Positions 7,580 to 16,986 of a DNA stretch of 64,000 bases are shown piece after piece. The notes below the pieces were generated by a model. It had not been told where the DNA came from. It saw only the letters and a list, made by a program, of their open reading frames with translations, and ran no database searches. The translations under genes were made by a program, and so were the position numbers. The stretch lies in NCBI GenBank assembly GCA_046732175.1, contig JBKPMO010000001.1, forward strand, positions 11,310-75,309, given 5' to 3'. Each line of letters starts with the position of its first letter. Position 1 is the first letter of the stretch. The DNA comes from Verrucomicrobiota bacterium (GTDB taxonomy: Bacteria > Verrucomicrobiota > Verrucomicrobiia > Chthoniobacterales > UBA10450).

Positions 7580-8950
7580 CTACTTTGGGGCGAGCTCATT
7601 TCGAATCACCTGGCCGTCTTTCATCACGAATCGGACTCGCTCGAGCTCACCGATGTCAGCAATTGGATCACCGACGACGGCGATGAGATCGGCAAATTTA
7701 CCCGGCTCAATCGATCCAATGCGGTCCTGCCAGCCCAACATTTCTGCTGCATTCGTAGTGATCGAGCGAATCACATCGAGAGGCTGCATTCCTGCATCCC
7801 ACAACTTAATGAAGGTCCCAGTGGTGGCTTCCCCGCGCGTTTTTCCGGGATAGTACCAGCACATATCCGATCCCTCGGCGAACTTGACGCCCGACTTCAA
7901 GACTCGCTGAACCAACTGATCGTATCGCTGTTTGCGGCCTGGGGCGGAACTGACATTCGCGGCGCGGGAAGCCTCTGATATGACTATGCTCGGCCCGGAA
8001 ATCTTCTGTAAAAAGCCGCCATAGAAGGTTGGTGTCAGGTCCAAGAAGATGCCTTTGTCGCGCATCTGCTTGAGTTGATCGTCGGTTACTTCATTACCGT
8101 GCTCGATAGAGTCTGCGCGCGCATCAATCGCGGTTTGTATGCTCGTTTTGTCGGCCGCATGAACGGCAACCTTTAGGTGGAGGCGGTGCGCCTCTTCAAC
8201 GACCGCGGCAAGTTCGGGAACTGTGAGGTTCTCGTCGGCTGTAACCTTGATCGCGTCGACGTTCTGGAAAATGTTCTGCCGGACTGCCTGTCGTGCGCGG
8301 TCTGTTCCGTCAATTAACAAGAACTCCTGCTGAAGGATTGCGTCGGCCAGGGCGGGATTCAGATTTTGAAGGTAACTGCCTCGGGTAATTAGTTTGCGTC
8401 CCGAGGCCAGAATCCTTGGGCCCGAGACCCGGCCAGCCTTGATCGCATCACGCAGTTCAGTATCACCATCAATGCCGGAATGACCGAGGTTTCGAACGGT
8501 TGTGATGCCGCTCTCGAGATCTTCGAGAGCCAGGTGTGCGCCCATCAACGCGCGCTTGGTGGGAGATTCGGTGATGGCCAGCAGAAGGCCGGGCGCAAAA
8601 ATCCCGTTCTCGTGACGCTGTGATTCCGCTTCCGGCGGCACAATAATGTCGAGAAACAGGTGGGTGTGGCTGTCGATCAATCCGGGCAACAATGTCGCGC
8701 GGCCGAGGTCGATTGTTTTCATTTCGTTAGGCGCATGAGCCTGCACTTGCGACAGCGGACCAACTTCTTTGATCTTGTTGTCCTCAATCAGGACCGCTGC
8801 TGGGGAAAGGACGTTGCCTGTGCGCAGATCGAGTAACCGCCCGGCCTTGAGCTGCGTGACGGTCGCCGGCGAGTTGCTCGCGAGAAAGGCGACGGCTGCG
8901 AACACCATCGCACCGCTCAAGCGAAACCTAGACGGCTTGTCACTCATCAC
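7580..8950 (-). CDS. Secreted amidohydrolase-family metallohydrolase
   Basis: 456 aa with a signal-like N-terminus. Motifs: PGLIDSHTHL, an H-x-H metal site, HAADKTSI, EHGN, and the C-terminal GSIEPGKFADL..V.GDP..D. Confidence 0.85.
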   Translation of the reverse strand: MMSDKPSRFRLSGAMVFAAVAFLASNSPATVTQLKAGRLLDLRTGNVLSPAAVLIEDNKIKEVGPLSQVQAHAPNEMKTIDLGRATLLPGLIDSHTHLFLDIIVPPEAESQRHENGIFAPGLLLAITESPTKRALMGAHLALEDLESGITTVRNLGHSGIDGDTELRDAIKAGRVSGPRILASGRKLITRGSYLQNLNPALADAILQQEFLLIDGTDRARQAVRQNIFQNVDAIKVTADENLTVPELAAVVEEAHRLHLKVAVHAADKTSIQTAIDARADSIEHGNEVTDDQLKQMRDKGIFLDLTPTFYGGFLQKISGPSIVISEASRAANVSSAPGRKQRYDQLVQRVLKSGVKFAEGSDMCWYYPGKTRGEATTGTFIKLWDAGMQPLDVIRSITTNAAEMLGWQDRIGSIEPGKFADLIAVVGDPIADIGELERVRFVMKDGQVIRNELAPK

Positions 8951-8951
8951 T

Positions 8952-9296
8952 TCAGGTCGCTCCTTGCGGTCGCGCCGCGAGGGCCGATGCGATCGCGGCG
9001 ACGAGGCGATTCCATCCGTCGGTTTCCTCGCGGAGACGTTTACGGCCCCGAGCGGTCAACTGATAAAATTTCGCGCGTCGATTGTTTTCCGATTTCCCCC
9101 ACTCCGTTTTTAAAAGTCCCTGGCGCACCAAGCGAAAAAGCGCTGGATAAAGCGCTCCCTGTTCGATGAGCAAGGCGCGTCCGGAAATCTGTCCAATCCG
9201 CAACAGAATCCCGTATCCATGAAGGGGACCGAGCGAAACGGCCTTGAGAATGAGAAGATCGAGTGTGCCCGGAAGGAGTTCGGCCTCATTGCTCAT
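8952..9296 (-). CDS. PadR-family transcriptional regulator (acidobacterial-type)
   Basis: GTLDLLILKA..GPLHGYGI, QGALYPAL.RL...GLL..EWG.SENNRRAKFYQLT..G. Its stop lies 1 nt before the amidohydrolase start. Confidence 0.9.
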   Translation of the reverse strand: MSNEAELLPGTLDLLILKAVSLGPLHGYGILLRIGQISGRALLIEQGALYPALFRLVRQGLLKTEWGKSENNRRAKFYQLTARGRKRLREETDGWNRLVAAIASALAARPQGAT

Positions 9297-9303
9297 GTCT
9301 TGT

Positions 9304-9322
9304 CTCCTAAGATATTTAGGAG
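9304..9322. promoter_or_regulatory. Palindrome overlapping the padR ribosome-binding region
   Basis: CTCCTAA-gatat-TTAGGAG (7-bp arms) located 8-26 nt upstream of the padR ATG. The AGGAG of one arm is the only SD-like sequence. Confidence 0.4.
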
Positions 9323-9515
9323 ATTAACGCAGTCTTTCCTAAGCTGTCAAGGGGAGAAAGGCGGGAACGTTTTACATCGGAAATCGCAAAAAATTGAAAT
9401 CAACAGATCTGAACTTGGCGATGTTCGAATCTAACGGTTGAACAAATGCCGACGGAAAAGCCTACCGGCCTCCGTTCGGCTGCTCCGCGCTTTAACGATT
9501 TAACTCTTCAACGAA

Positions 9516-10640
9516 TCACGATGGCGAAGCCCAGGCCTCTTTATTCACCACGTACGGCATCTTGGTCGGGTCGCCGCCATAGTTCCCTTCCAAGACGTCG
9601 ATCAAGCCCTGCACTGTCCGGCCAGCCATGCCTTGATCGGGATTGACTGAGAGCCGTGTAATCCGCGCGCCGCTGGCGAAGTGATGAAAAAGTCGCGTCC
9701 GATCCGCGATTTCTGGATCCAGCAGCGACGAATCAGCCGGCAACGGCTCTTTTTCGAAAACGTCAAGCGCCGCTCCGGCAATGACCTTGTCTTTCAACGC
9801 TTTCGCCAGAGCTTTCTCATCCACCACTGGCCCACGTGAACTGTTGATCAAATACGCCGTCGGTTTCATCAGCTTAAGCGTTCTCTCGTTGATGAGGTGA
9901 TACGTGGGTTTATCCGTCTCATCTTCGCGCAATAACGGCACGTGGATGCTCACGTAATCAGCTCCTCGCAGTGCCTCTTCGAACTCGACGTACTTAATAT
10001 AAGTCTTCTCTTTTTGAATACCGCGCGTGTGCCGCAGATCCATCAGCGCCTGAATCGAAGCGAGGTAGGCGTCGTTGTGATACGCAGGGTCATAACACAG
10101 AATGTTCATGTCGAACCCAGAACATTTCTTAATCATCGCCAGCCCGATTCTTCCGGTGCCGATAATCGCGATTGTCTTGCCGGTCACTTCGTCACCGAGA
10201 AACGGCAGGAACGGATGCCAGGACGGCCATTTTTGCTCGCGCACTAGCCGTTCGCTCTGCCACATTTTGCGCGCCAACATCCCCATCATGAAGAAAGCGA
10301 ATTCTGCCGTCGCTTCCGTCAACACATCGGCCGTGTTCGTGAATGGGATTTTGTATTTGTTAGCATCGGTGCGGTTGATGTTGTCGAATCCAACCGCAAT
10401 TTGGGCCACGACTTTAAGGCTCCCCTTCCCTGCTTCGAAAACCTCGGCATCGATCGGATCCCGCAACGTCGTGATCAAGCCGTCGATCCCGATGTTCACT
10501 TTCTCGATGATTAACTTTTTCGGCGGCGCTTCCGGTCCCTGAAACACCTCCAGCTCATAACCGCGTTCGCGCAGAAAATTCTCCGCCGCATCACCGATGC
10601 GCGAAGTGGCAAAGACACGAAATCGTTTCTTATCAGCCAT
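9516..10640 (-). CDS. D-isomer-specific 2-hydroxyacid dehydrogenase (glyoxylate/hydroxypyruvate reductase-like)
   Basis: GTGRIG NAD fold, SIHVPL, INSSRGPVVDE, AALDVFE.EP. Confidence 0.85.
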   Translation of the reverse strand: MADKKRFRVFATSRIGDAAENFLRERGYELEVFQGPEAPPKKLIIEKVNIGIDGLITTLRDPIDAEVFEAGKGSLKVVAQIAVGFDNINRTDANKYKIPFTNTADVLTEATAEFAFFMMGMLARKMWQSERLVREQKWPSWHPFLPFLGDEVTGKTIAIIGTGRIGLAMIKKCSGFDMNILCYDPAYHNDAYLASIQALMDLRHTRGIQKEKTYIKYVEFEEALRGADYVSIHVPLLREDETDKPTYHLINERTLKLMKPTAYLINSSRGPVVDEKALAKALKDKVIAGAALDVFEKEPLPADSSLLDPEIADRTRLFHHFASGARITRLSVNPDQGMAGRTVQGLIDVLEGNYGGDPTKMPYVVNKEAWASPS

Positions 10641-10801
10641 GACCCGGAAAAGAAGTAAACAGGATTTACAAGATTAACAGGATTTCTTTTTTCAGAAGGA
10701 GGAACGACAGATATTCTTGGTTGCACGGTCAGAAACACGCATCTTTCCACCAGGAGAGACGGACACGTCACTGCCAAACGAGGGAAGCCGTTCGCTCGTT
10801 G

Positions 10802-12031
10802 CTACAGATTCTTCTTCGCCCAGGAATCGACGCGATCGAGCGCCTTCTCGATATTCTCGATCGAGTTGGCCACGCTAAATCGCAAATAACCTTCACCGAA
10901 ATCGCCGAACGCCGTTCCGGAAAGCGCCGCTACTCCCGCGTCTTCCAGTAGCGCGTCGGCCAATTTCTTTGAGCGCCATCCTGTTTCTTTGATATTCGGG
11001 AAAACGTAGAATGCGCCCTTGGGTAATAAGCAAGAGAACTCCTTAATCTCGTTAAGACCGGCGACCATTACGTCACGTCGCTTCTTGAACTCAGCGCACA
11101 TCTCCTCCACCGAGTTTTGTGGTCCGCGCAACGCCTCGATGCCGGCGATCTGTGTAAAGCTGGCAGTGCAGGAACTGGAGTTCGTCATCAGGCGAGCGAC
11201 ATGCGTCGCCAGGTCGGTGCGCATCACCCCGTAACCCATCCGCCAACCCGTCATGGCATACGTCTTGGAAAATCCGTCGAGCAAAATGCAACGCTCCTTC
11301 ATTCCATCGATCGACATGATTGAATGATGCTCACCTTCGAAAATGAGCCGGCTGTAGATCTCATCCGTTAACACCATGATATCACGATCGCCAATCGCAT
11401 CCGCAATCGCCTCGATATCCTCCTTCTGCAAGACGCCGCCGGTTGGATTCTGCGGCGAATTCAAAATGATCAGTTTCGTGCGCTTGCTGATCAGCCGCGA
11501 GAGCTCGTCGACGTCGAGCCGGAAATCCAACTCCTCGCGCAATTTGATCGGCACCGCTTTGGCGCCGACGTAGTTGATCATCGATTCGTAAATCGGGAAC
11601 CCGGGATTTGGGTAGATGACCTCATCGCCGTCTTCCGCGATCGCGAGGATTGAGAAAAAAATGATCGGTTTACCGCCTGGAACAACGACGACTTCTTCTG
11701 GTTTAACGTTTACTCGACGCGTTTCACTGACGCATTGAGCGATAGTCTCACGCAGCTCCGGCAATCCCGCCGACGGCCCGTAGTGAGTAAATCCTTTGTG
11801 CAGCGCGTCGGTTGCCGCGTCGATGATGTTAGCGGGGGTATCGAAATCGGGCTCGCCGATTTCCAGGTGAACGATGTCGCGTCCTTTCGCCTCCAGCGCC
11901 TTCGCTTTCACCAAAACCTCAAACGCCGTCTCCGTGCCCAACCGCGCCATTCGCCTGGCGAGGGGCAGAGAAAACACGTCCGGCATGGCAGACGGGGCGC
12001 ATTCAGATCTGCTCTCGGCCAGCTTATTCAT
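10802..12031 (-). CDS. Class I/II PLP-dependent aminotransferase (aspartate aminotransferase-like)
   Basis: GEPDFDTP, NSPQNPTG, SFSKTYAMTGWRMGY (PLP lysine motif), R.S.A. The start may be the internal M at MPDVFSL. Confidence 0.9.
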   Translation of the reverse strand: MNKLAESRSECAPSAMPDVFSLPLARRMARLGTETAFEVLVKAKALEAKGRDIVHLEIGEPDFDTPANIIDAATDALHKGFTHYGPSAGLPELRETIAQCVSETRRVNVKPEEVVVVPGGKPIIFFSILAIAEDGDEVIYPNPGFPIYESMINYVGAKAVPIKLREELDFRLDVDELSRLISKRTKLIILNSPQNPTGGVLQKEDIEAIADAIGDRDIMVLTDEIYSRLIFEGEHHSIMSIDGMKERCILLDGFSKTYAMTGWRMGYGVMRTDLATHVARLMTNSSSCTASFTQIAGIEALRGPQNSVEEMCAEFKKRRDVMVAGLNEIKEFSCLLPKGAFYVFPNIKETGWRSKKLADALLEDAGVAALSGTAFGDFGEGYLRFSVANSIENIEKALDRVDSWAKKNL

Positions 12032-12160
12032 GGTGGCAAACGCGGACTATACCGCGACGCCGTTACTTGTCCTTTATTAATCCTCGATTTCCCTGTCTCC
12101 CCGGCTGACGTTCTGTAGCCCTAAAACATTGCTCCTGCGAGTTGGCCACCTTTCAGTGAA

Positions 12161-13732
12161 TCACTGGTCTTCACTTCGCAGTGCCGCGAGATTCTGCACT
12201 ACCGCCACCAACTCGCTGAAATCGACGGGCTTGGCCACATGCATCTGAAAACCGGCCTGCAACGCGCGGGTCCGATCTTCACCGCGGGCCAACGCCGTCA
12301 ACGCTACCGCTGGCACCGCCCGCCCGCCAGGCATCGCCCGCAGCCGGCTGATGAGCTCGTAGCCATCATTTCCCGGCATGCCGATATCGCTCAGGATGAC
12401 GTTCGGAGAAAACGCTGCGAATTCCTCAAGCGCTGCGCTCATCGAGTTGGCGCCGCGAACCAGCGCACCTCGTCGCTCGAGTATTCGTCGAACAATCGTC
12501 ACCGAATCCTCCTCGTCATCGACCACCAGCACCTTGATTCCATTCAAGTCGGATTTCATCGCCGCGCGATCGATCTCCGCATTCCGACGCGCCTCGGCTG
12601 TGTCCTCCTCCTCTTTGTGCAGCGATTGCAACGGCAGGCAAACGCTGAATGTCGCGCCACGGCCCACGCCGTCACTCGCCACACGCACGTTTCCGCCGTG
12701 AAGTTCAGTCAGATGTTTCACGATGGACAAACCCAGACCAAGGCCGCCATGACGCCGCGTCGTAGTAGCCTCCGCCTGGCGGAAACGATCAAAAACATAC
12801 GGGAGAAATTCCGGACCAATTCCCTGCCCGGTGTCGCTCACCGATATTTCCACGTGAGAACCGACGCGCTTGATCACGGTATGGATGCGGCCTTGCTTCG
12901 GCGTAAACTTGATCGCGTTAGTGAGCAGATTCCAGAAGATCTGCTGGAGACGATCCTTGTCACCGATCACGGTGCCGAACACATTCGAAAAAGCAGAAGT
13001 GAGGCGAATTTGTTTGGCCTCAGCCGCGGGCCGAATGCTCTCGATCCCGGCGGCAACCAGAGCTGCGAGATCGATTCGCTGAATGTCTAACTTGATTTTA
13101 CCAGCCTCGATGCGGCTCATGTCCAGCAAATCTTCGATCAACTGCGATTGGACGCGGACATTGCGCTCAATAATCGGGACAGCCTGTACCACGTCTTCCG
13201 CTTTCGGTTCGTCCTTCAAAATCTGGATCCAACCCAGAATAGCATTCAGTGGGGTGCGCAGCTCGTGTGAAAGTGTCGTCAGAAATTCCGCTTTGATTTG
13301 ATTGGCACGCCGTAGTTCTTCAACCGCTTCGGCCAGGCTCCGTTGCGCCGCCTTTTGCTCGGTGATGTCCCGTGCAATCTTCGACGCACCCACGATGACG
13401 CCCTCCTCGTTTCGGATGGGCGAGATCGTGAGCCAAACATCGATCAACTCCCCATCCTTACGTCGCCGCTTGGTTTCAAAATGATCTACGCGTTCGCCTT
13501 GCTGCAGGCGAGCCATGATATGGTTTTCTTCATCCAACCGGTCCGGCGGAAACAGCTTGCTGATCGACTGGCCGATCATTTCTTCGGCCGTATAGCCGAA
13601 AATTCGTTCCGCCGCTTTGTTCCAGCTCATGACAATGCTTTGCAGGTTCTTGCTCACGATAGCGTCGTCGGACGAATCGACGATTGCCTCGTTCAACACA
13701 TCCGCCGGGATAAAGCTGGAGTTCTTGCTCAC
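12161..13732 (-). CDS. PAS-domain hybrid sensor histidine kinase (PAS-HisKA-HATPase-REC)
   Basis: PAS (WNKAAERIFGY), H-box SHELRTPLNAI, N/G boxes (NLLTNAIKF, DTGQGI, GLGLGLSIVK), and a C-terminal receiver (VLVVDDE ... SDIGMP ... K). Confidence 0.9.
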   Translation of the reverse strand: MSKNSSFIPADVLNEAIVDSSDDAIVSKNLQSIVMSWNKAAERIFGYTAEEMIGQSISKLFPPDRLDEENHIMARLQQGERVDHFETKRRRKDGELIDVWLTISPIRNEEGVIVGASKIARDITEQKAAQRSLAEAVEELRRANQIKAEFLTTLSHELRTPLNAILGWIQILKDEPKAEDVVQAVPIIERNVRVQSQLIEDLLDMSRIEAGKIKLDIQRIDLAALVAAGIESIRPAAEAKQIRLTSAFSNVFGTVIGDKDRLQQIFWNLLTNAIKFTPKQGRIHTVIKRVGSHVEISVSDTGQGIGPEFLPYVFDRFRQAEATTTRRHGGLGLGLSIVKHLTELHGGNVRVASDGVGRGATFSVCLPLQSLHKEEEDTAEARRNAEIDRAAMKSDLNGIKVLVVDDEEDSVTIVRRILERRGALVRGANSMSAALEEFAAFSPNVILSDIGMPGNDGYELISRLRAMPGGRAVPAVALTALARGEDRTRALQAGFQMHVAKPVDFSELVAVVQNLAALRSEDQ

Positions 13733-13827
13733 TTATGTACTTCTAGGCCTGCTTAAATCGTAAACCAAAAGCCGTTCGGCCGTGGGCCGCGTAATGCCGC
13801 GATGGCCGAAAAGCCCGTCATTCTGCT

Positions 13828-14331
13828 CTAACTTCGGACATCTGCCCTTTGACCTTGCTCTCCGGCCGGGACGTCTTTGCCCATCGCCATTGCGCCCGGA
13901 AGTTCTTCCCAACCGCTGCGGAGCCAAAAATCGCGTCCGCGCGAATTATCGTTCGCCACCAAAATGATCACCCGCTGAATTCCAACCTCACCCAACCGAT
14001 CGAAACATTCCTGCACCAGACGCTTCCCCAGGCCGAGTCCCTGATACTTCGGATCGACAGCCAGGTGATAGATATGTCCGCGCCTGCCGTCATGCCCGCA
14101 AAGCGAAACACCGATCACCGTTGATCCATCGATCGCGGTGCGACTCAGGCCCGGATTTCGTTTCAGAAATTGGACAACGCTTTTCTTGTCATCTCCCTCC
14201 GCAATTTCGATCCCCTCCGCCCGCTTCCACAATTCAACCGCCGCTTCATAATCACCGATGGAAAATTCCCGCGTCCTAATCCTCTCGCTCATATGCGCGA
14301 CGAATTCTATCATTGGACTCAAGTCATTCAC
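13828..14331 (-). CDS. GNAT-family N-acetyltransferase
   Basis: AVDPKYQGLGLGKRLV acetyl-CoA binding motif. Confidence 0.85.
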   Translation of the reverse strand: MNDLSPMIEFVAHMSERIRTREFSIGDYEAAVELWKRAEGIEIAEGDDKKSVVQFLKRNPGLSRTAIDGSTVIGVSLCGHDGRRGHIYHLAVDPKYQGLGLGKRLVQECFDRLGEVGIQRVIILVANDNSRGRDFWLRSGWEELPGAMAMGKDVPAGEQGQRADVRS

Positions 14332-14488
14332 GCTTCTGTAACAAGGAGAAGCCGCTTTTTGGGTCGGGACATTCGTCCCTGGGCGGGAACGTCCGAACGC
14401 TTAAACTTTTGAATATATAGGACTAAAACTGGCTTAAACCGTCGGCGTTAGGCCGAAAACCTGCTCGCGTAAATGTGTAGTTTCGGGC

Positions 14489-14866
14489 ATGAAAAAGAAA
14501 CTCCATATTCTCGCCGTCGACGACGAACCAGCCATTGGCCAGGCCATCACCTACGCGTTGGACGCGCCCCACCGCAAAATCGTCGTGGCTAAAGACGGGC
14601 AAGACGCCCTCGCCCAGGTCGCAAAGGAGAAATTCGACGTGGTTATCACCGACCACCGGATGCCACGCTCCGGCGGGCTGGAACTGGTGCGGCAACTTCG
14701 AGAACGCAACTATGACGGCAGAATCGTTGTCCTTTCAGCCCATCTCTCGCCCGACAACATCGGGACATACGAGGAATTGGCAGTCGACGAGATCGTCGCC
14801 AAACCGTTCGACTTCGAGGAACTCCGCGACATCATCGCGGGTCTCGAAGACGAAATAGAATTCTAA
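14489..14866 (+). CDS. Single-domain response regulator (CheY-like receiver)
   Basis: LAVDDE, DVVITDHRMP, AKPF. Confidence 0.9.
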   Translation: MKKKLHILAVDDEPAIGQAITYALDAPHRKIVVAKDGQDALAQVAKEKFDVVITDHRMPRSGGLELVRQLRERNYDGRIVVLSAHLSPDNIGTYEELAVDEIVAKPFDFEELRDIIAGLEDEIEF

Positions 14867-15002
14867 TCGCAGAATTAACGCTTTGACCGTTGAGCGATTT
14901 TAACGATACCGCCTTCCGCTTGCCATCCCGAAAAAACGTGACGCCATCTTTCCTTTCCTGTTAGTCTTACCATTTCGAGCTCGGTTTTAGGCCGCGCGTC
15001 GA

Positions 15003-15368
15003 ATGGAAGGAAAGGCTTCAATGATAACGCTGAAAAGTTTAGGCCGAAAGCTGGAGAAGCTCGAAGCCAGTATGCAGAAAGACGCGAGACGACTTTCGAA
15101 GTTGATTCGCAAAGTGAGACGGGCAGCTGCTTCTGAAACTATGCCACCACCCAACAAGGCCAGGACCCGAGTAAAAACCAAGCCCGCCGCGACGTCGGTG
15201 CCTTCTGCGAAACAGAAGCGTAAGGTTTCGCCCGAAGCGCGCGCGAAGTTGTCCGCCCTAATGCATGAGCGCTGGGCGGCGAAACGGGCCACGGCCGTTC
15301 CTGTCGCGATCGTTGAAGAGGCAACGTCAGTTTCAACTACAGACGGAAACGCCGCCGCAAGCGCCTAA
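15003..15368 (+). CDS. Hypothetical basic, low-complexity protein
   Basis: Lys/Arg-rich ORF. The likely start is the ATG at 15021, after GGAAGGAAAGG. No family recognised. Confidence 0.4.
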   Translation: MEGKASMITLKSLGRKLEKLEASMQKDARRLSKLIRKVRRAAASETMPPPNKARTRVKTKPAATSVPSAKQKRKVSPEARAKLSALMHERWAAKRATAVPVAIVEEATSVSTTDGNAAASA

Positions 15369-15595
15369 GTTAGCCTTGCCGGTCGCTGACTTCCGACACC
15401 GTATAACCCAGATAACGCGAGCCATGCTCGCAACTGATCGATTCTTATACATTTTTACGCCTATATAATATGGCTTTTACGCTTACAAATCGATCAGGCA
15501 CAGACGCCGTCCAGGTTCTGAACCCTGAACTCTGAGCTCCTGAACCGTTGGCTTCCCTATTAGGCGATAACTGATAAGTACGATTCAACAAGTCG

Positions 15596-16252
15596 ATGCG
15601 ATTTCTCACCCCGCTCTCTATTCTCTCAATCATTTGCCTCGTACCCGAGCTCGCGAAATCCACAGAAACCAGGGATGACTGGAAATTAGCGACCGAGCGC
15701 AACGGTGTGACGATTTACACCCGGCCCCATCCCGGGTCTGGCTTGAAGGAATTCAAAGCGATGGGTGAAATCGCCGCGCCGACCCGAGCTATAGCTCAGG
15801 TCATCGAGGATGTTGACGCTTATCCGAATTTCATGCCCTATGTGGCAGAATGCAGATGCCTAAAGCGCGAGAACAATTCGCTCCTCAGCTACCAGCGAAT
15901 TTCGCCCAAGATTTGCCGCGACCGCGACCTCGTTGTGCGGACTTACATAACTTCCCAATCCACCTCCGCCGGACTCGTCTATTCCAACCGCTGGGAATCC
16001 GCCGGCGAATCGACGCCGGCTAAGAAACCGGGAGTTATCCGAGTCGAGCAGTGCCAGGGATCCTGGTTGCTCGAGCCAATCACGCCCGAGCGAACCCGCG
16101 CGACTTATTCGGTCTACAGCGACATGGGCGGCCTCATTCCCACCTTCATCGCCAATCATTTTAGTCTCACCGCGATTGGCGAAATTTTCGCCGCCGTGCG
16201 CAAACAAGTAAAAGAGCCGAAATACAACGGACAACGGGCAACAGGACCATAG
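15596..16252 (+). CDS. Secreted START/SRPBCC lipid-binding domain protein
   Basis: Signal-like N-terminus, then W.L....GV.IYTR......LKEFKA.G.I.AP...I..VI.DVD.YP.FMPY, which is typical of bacterial START domains. Confidence 0.7.
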   Translation: MRFLTPLSILSIICLVPELAKSTETRDDWKLATERNGVTIYTRPHPGSGLKEFKAMGEIAAPTRAIAQVIEDVDAYPNFMPYVAECRCLKRENNSLLSYQRISPKICRDRDLVVRTYITSQSTSAGLVYSNRWESAGESTPAKKPGVIRVEQCQGSWLLEPITPERTRATYSVYSDMGGLIPTFIANHFSLTAIGEIFAAVRKQVKEPKYNGQRATGP

Positions 16253-16265
16253 TCCGGAGTTGCCG

Positions 16266-16811
16266 TCATTGATTAGTGGGTTCCCCTTCTTCGATCTTAT
16301 AGATCTCAAATCCTCTCGCTTGATAATTGTTCAGCGCATTCGGGTGATCTCGACTGCAGGTGTGCACCCAAACGCGCGATGGCGTCGGTGCCCAGTCCCA
16401 CGCGTTCTCGATTGCGCTCGTTAACAATGCGTTGCCCAGACCACGGCCAATAAAATCCGGTAACAACCCGAAGTACGCGATCTCGACTTCGCCTTGATGC
16501 TCGTCACGGTGCGATGGTGTTGACCGCGCGTTGCTCCTTCGCAGTTCGTAATAGCCAGCGAGGGCGTTGTCATAGTAGGCCGCAAACGTCCGCAAGTTTG
16601 GATCGCTCGCGTATTCGTTCCACCGCTTATCGGTCCAAGGCCGCTTGTCGATCCACTTCCACGTTTCTCCCACCGCGACGTACATATTGCGATTAAAAAT
16701 CCGATTTGGTTGTTTGAGTTCTCGCACCCGGAACTTCTGATCGCTGTTCTGTCTATTGGGCGCGCCATTGCCGGACCGCATTTCGAGGTACGTTGTGACA
16801 AGCGGCTCCAC
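16266..16811 (-). CDS. GNAT-family acetyltransferase
   Basis: N-terminal TYLEM motif and FGL.P.F.GRGLG core. Confidence 0.8.
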   Translation of the reverse strand: MEPLVTTYLEMRSGNGAPNRQNSDQKFRVRELKQPNRIFNRNMYVAVGETWKWIDKRPWTDKRWNEYASDPNLRTFAAYYDNALAGYYELRRSNARSTPSHRDEHQGEVEIAYFGLLPDFIGRGLGNALLTSAIENAWDWAPTPSRVWVHTCSRDHPNALNNYQARGFEIYKIEEGEPTNQ

Positions 16812-16986
16812 GATTAGCTCTAGCGATCACTGTGACGCTCGCAACGATTTTCTTCCCCTGTGGAGGCGGGAAAAACAGAGGAGGTGACACGGGGGCGCAT
16901 CAAACGCCTTCTGCGAAGGCTTAGCTAGAACTTCTCAGGGCCAAAAGGCACCCGCAGTGCCGCTCTGGATCGATACTTTAAGTACT

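Noticed and set aside
1689-9300. tRNA-Arg as the integration site of a genomic island extending across the hypothetical, Ig-repeat and gene-remnant region
   Set aside because: There is no integrase or other mobility gene. I could not find a direct repeat of the tRNA 3' end downstream by eye, and composition looks like the flanks. The evidence is insufficient.
12239-13090. 283-aa antisense ORF inside the PAS hybrid kinase gene. Similar antisense ORFs lie at 26327-26980 (accC), 35198-35992 (VOC/sucC), 41547-42236 (lnt) and 47724-48296 (clpB).
   Set aside because: All lie opposite genes with unambiguous conserved motifs. Their translations are Arg-rich and lack motifs. They are shadow ORFs expected in GC-rich DNA.
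14535-14858. 107-aa alternative-frame ORF within the CheY-like gene, and the 14423-14695 antisense ORF
   Set aside because: The frame at 14489-14866 carries the receiver-domain signature residues. The alternatives have no motifs.
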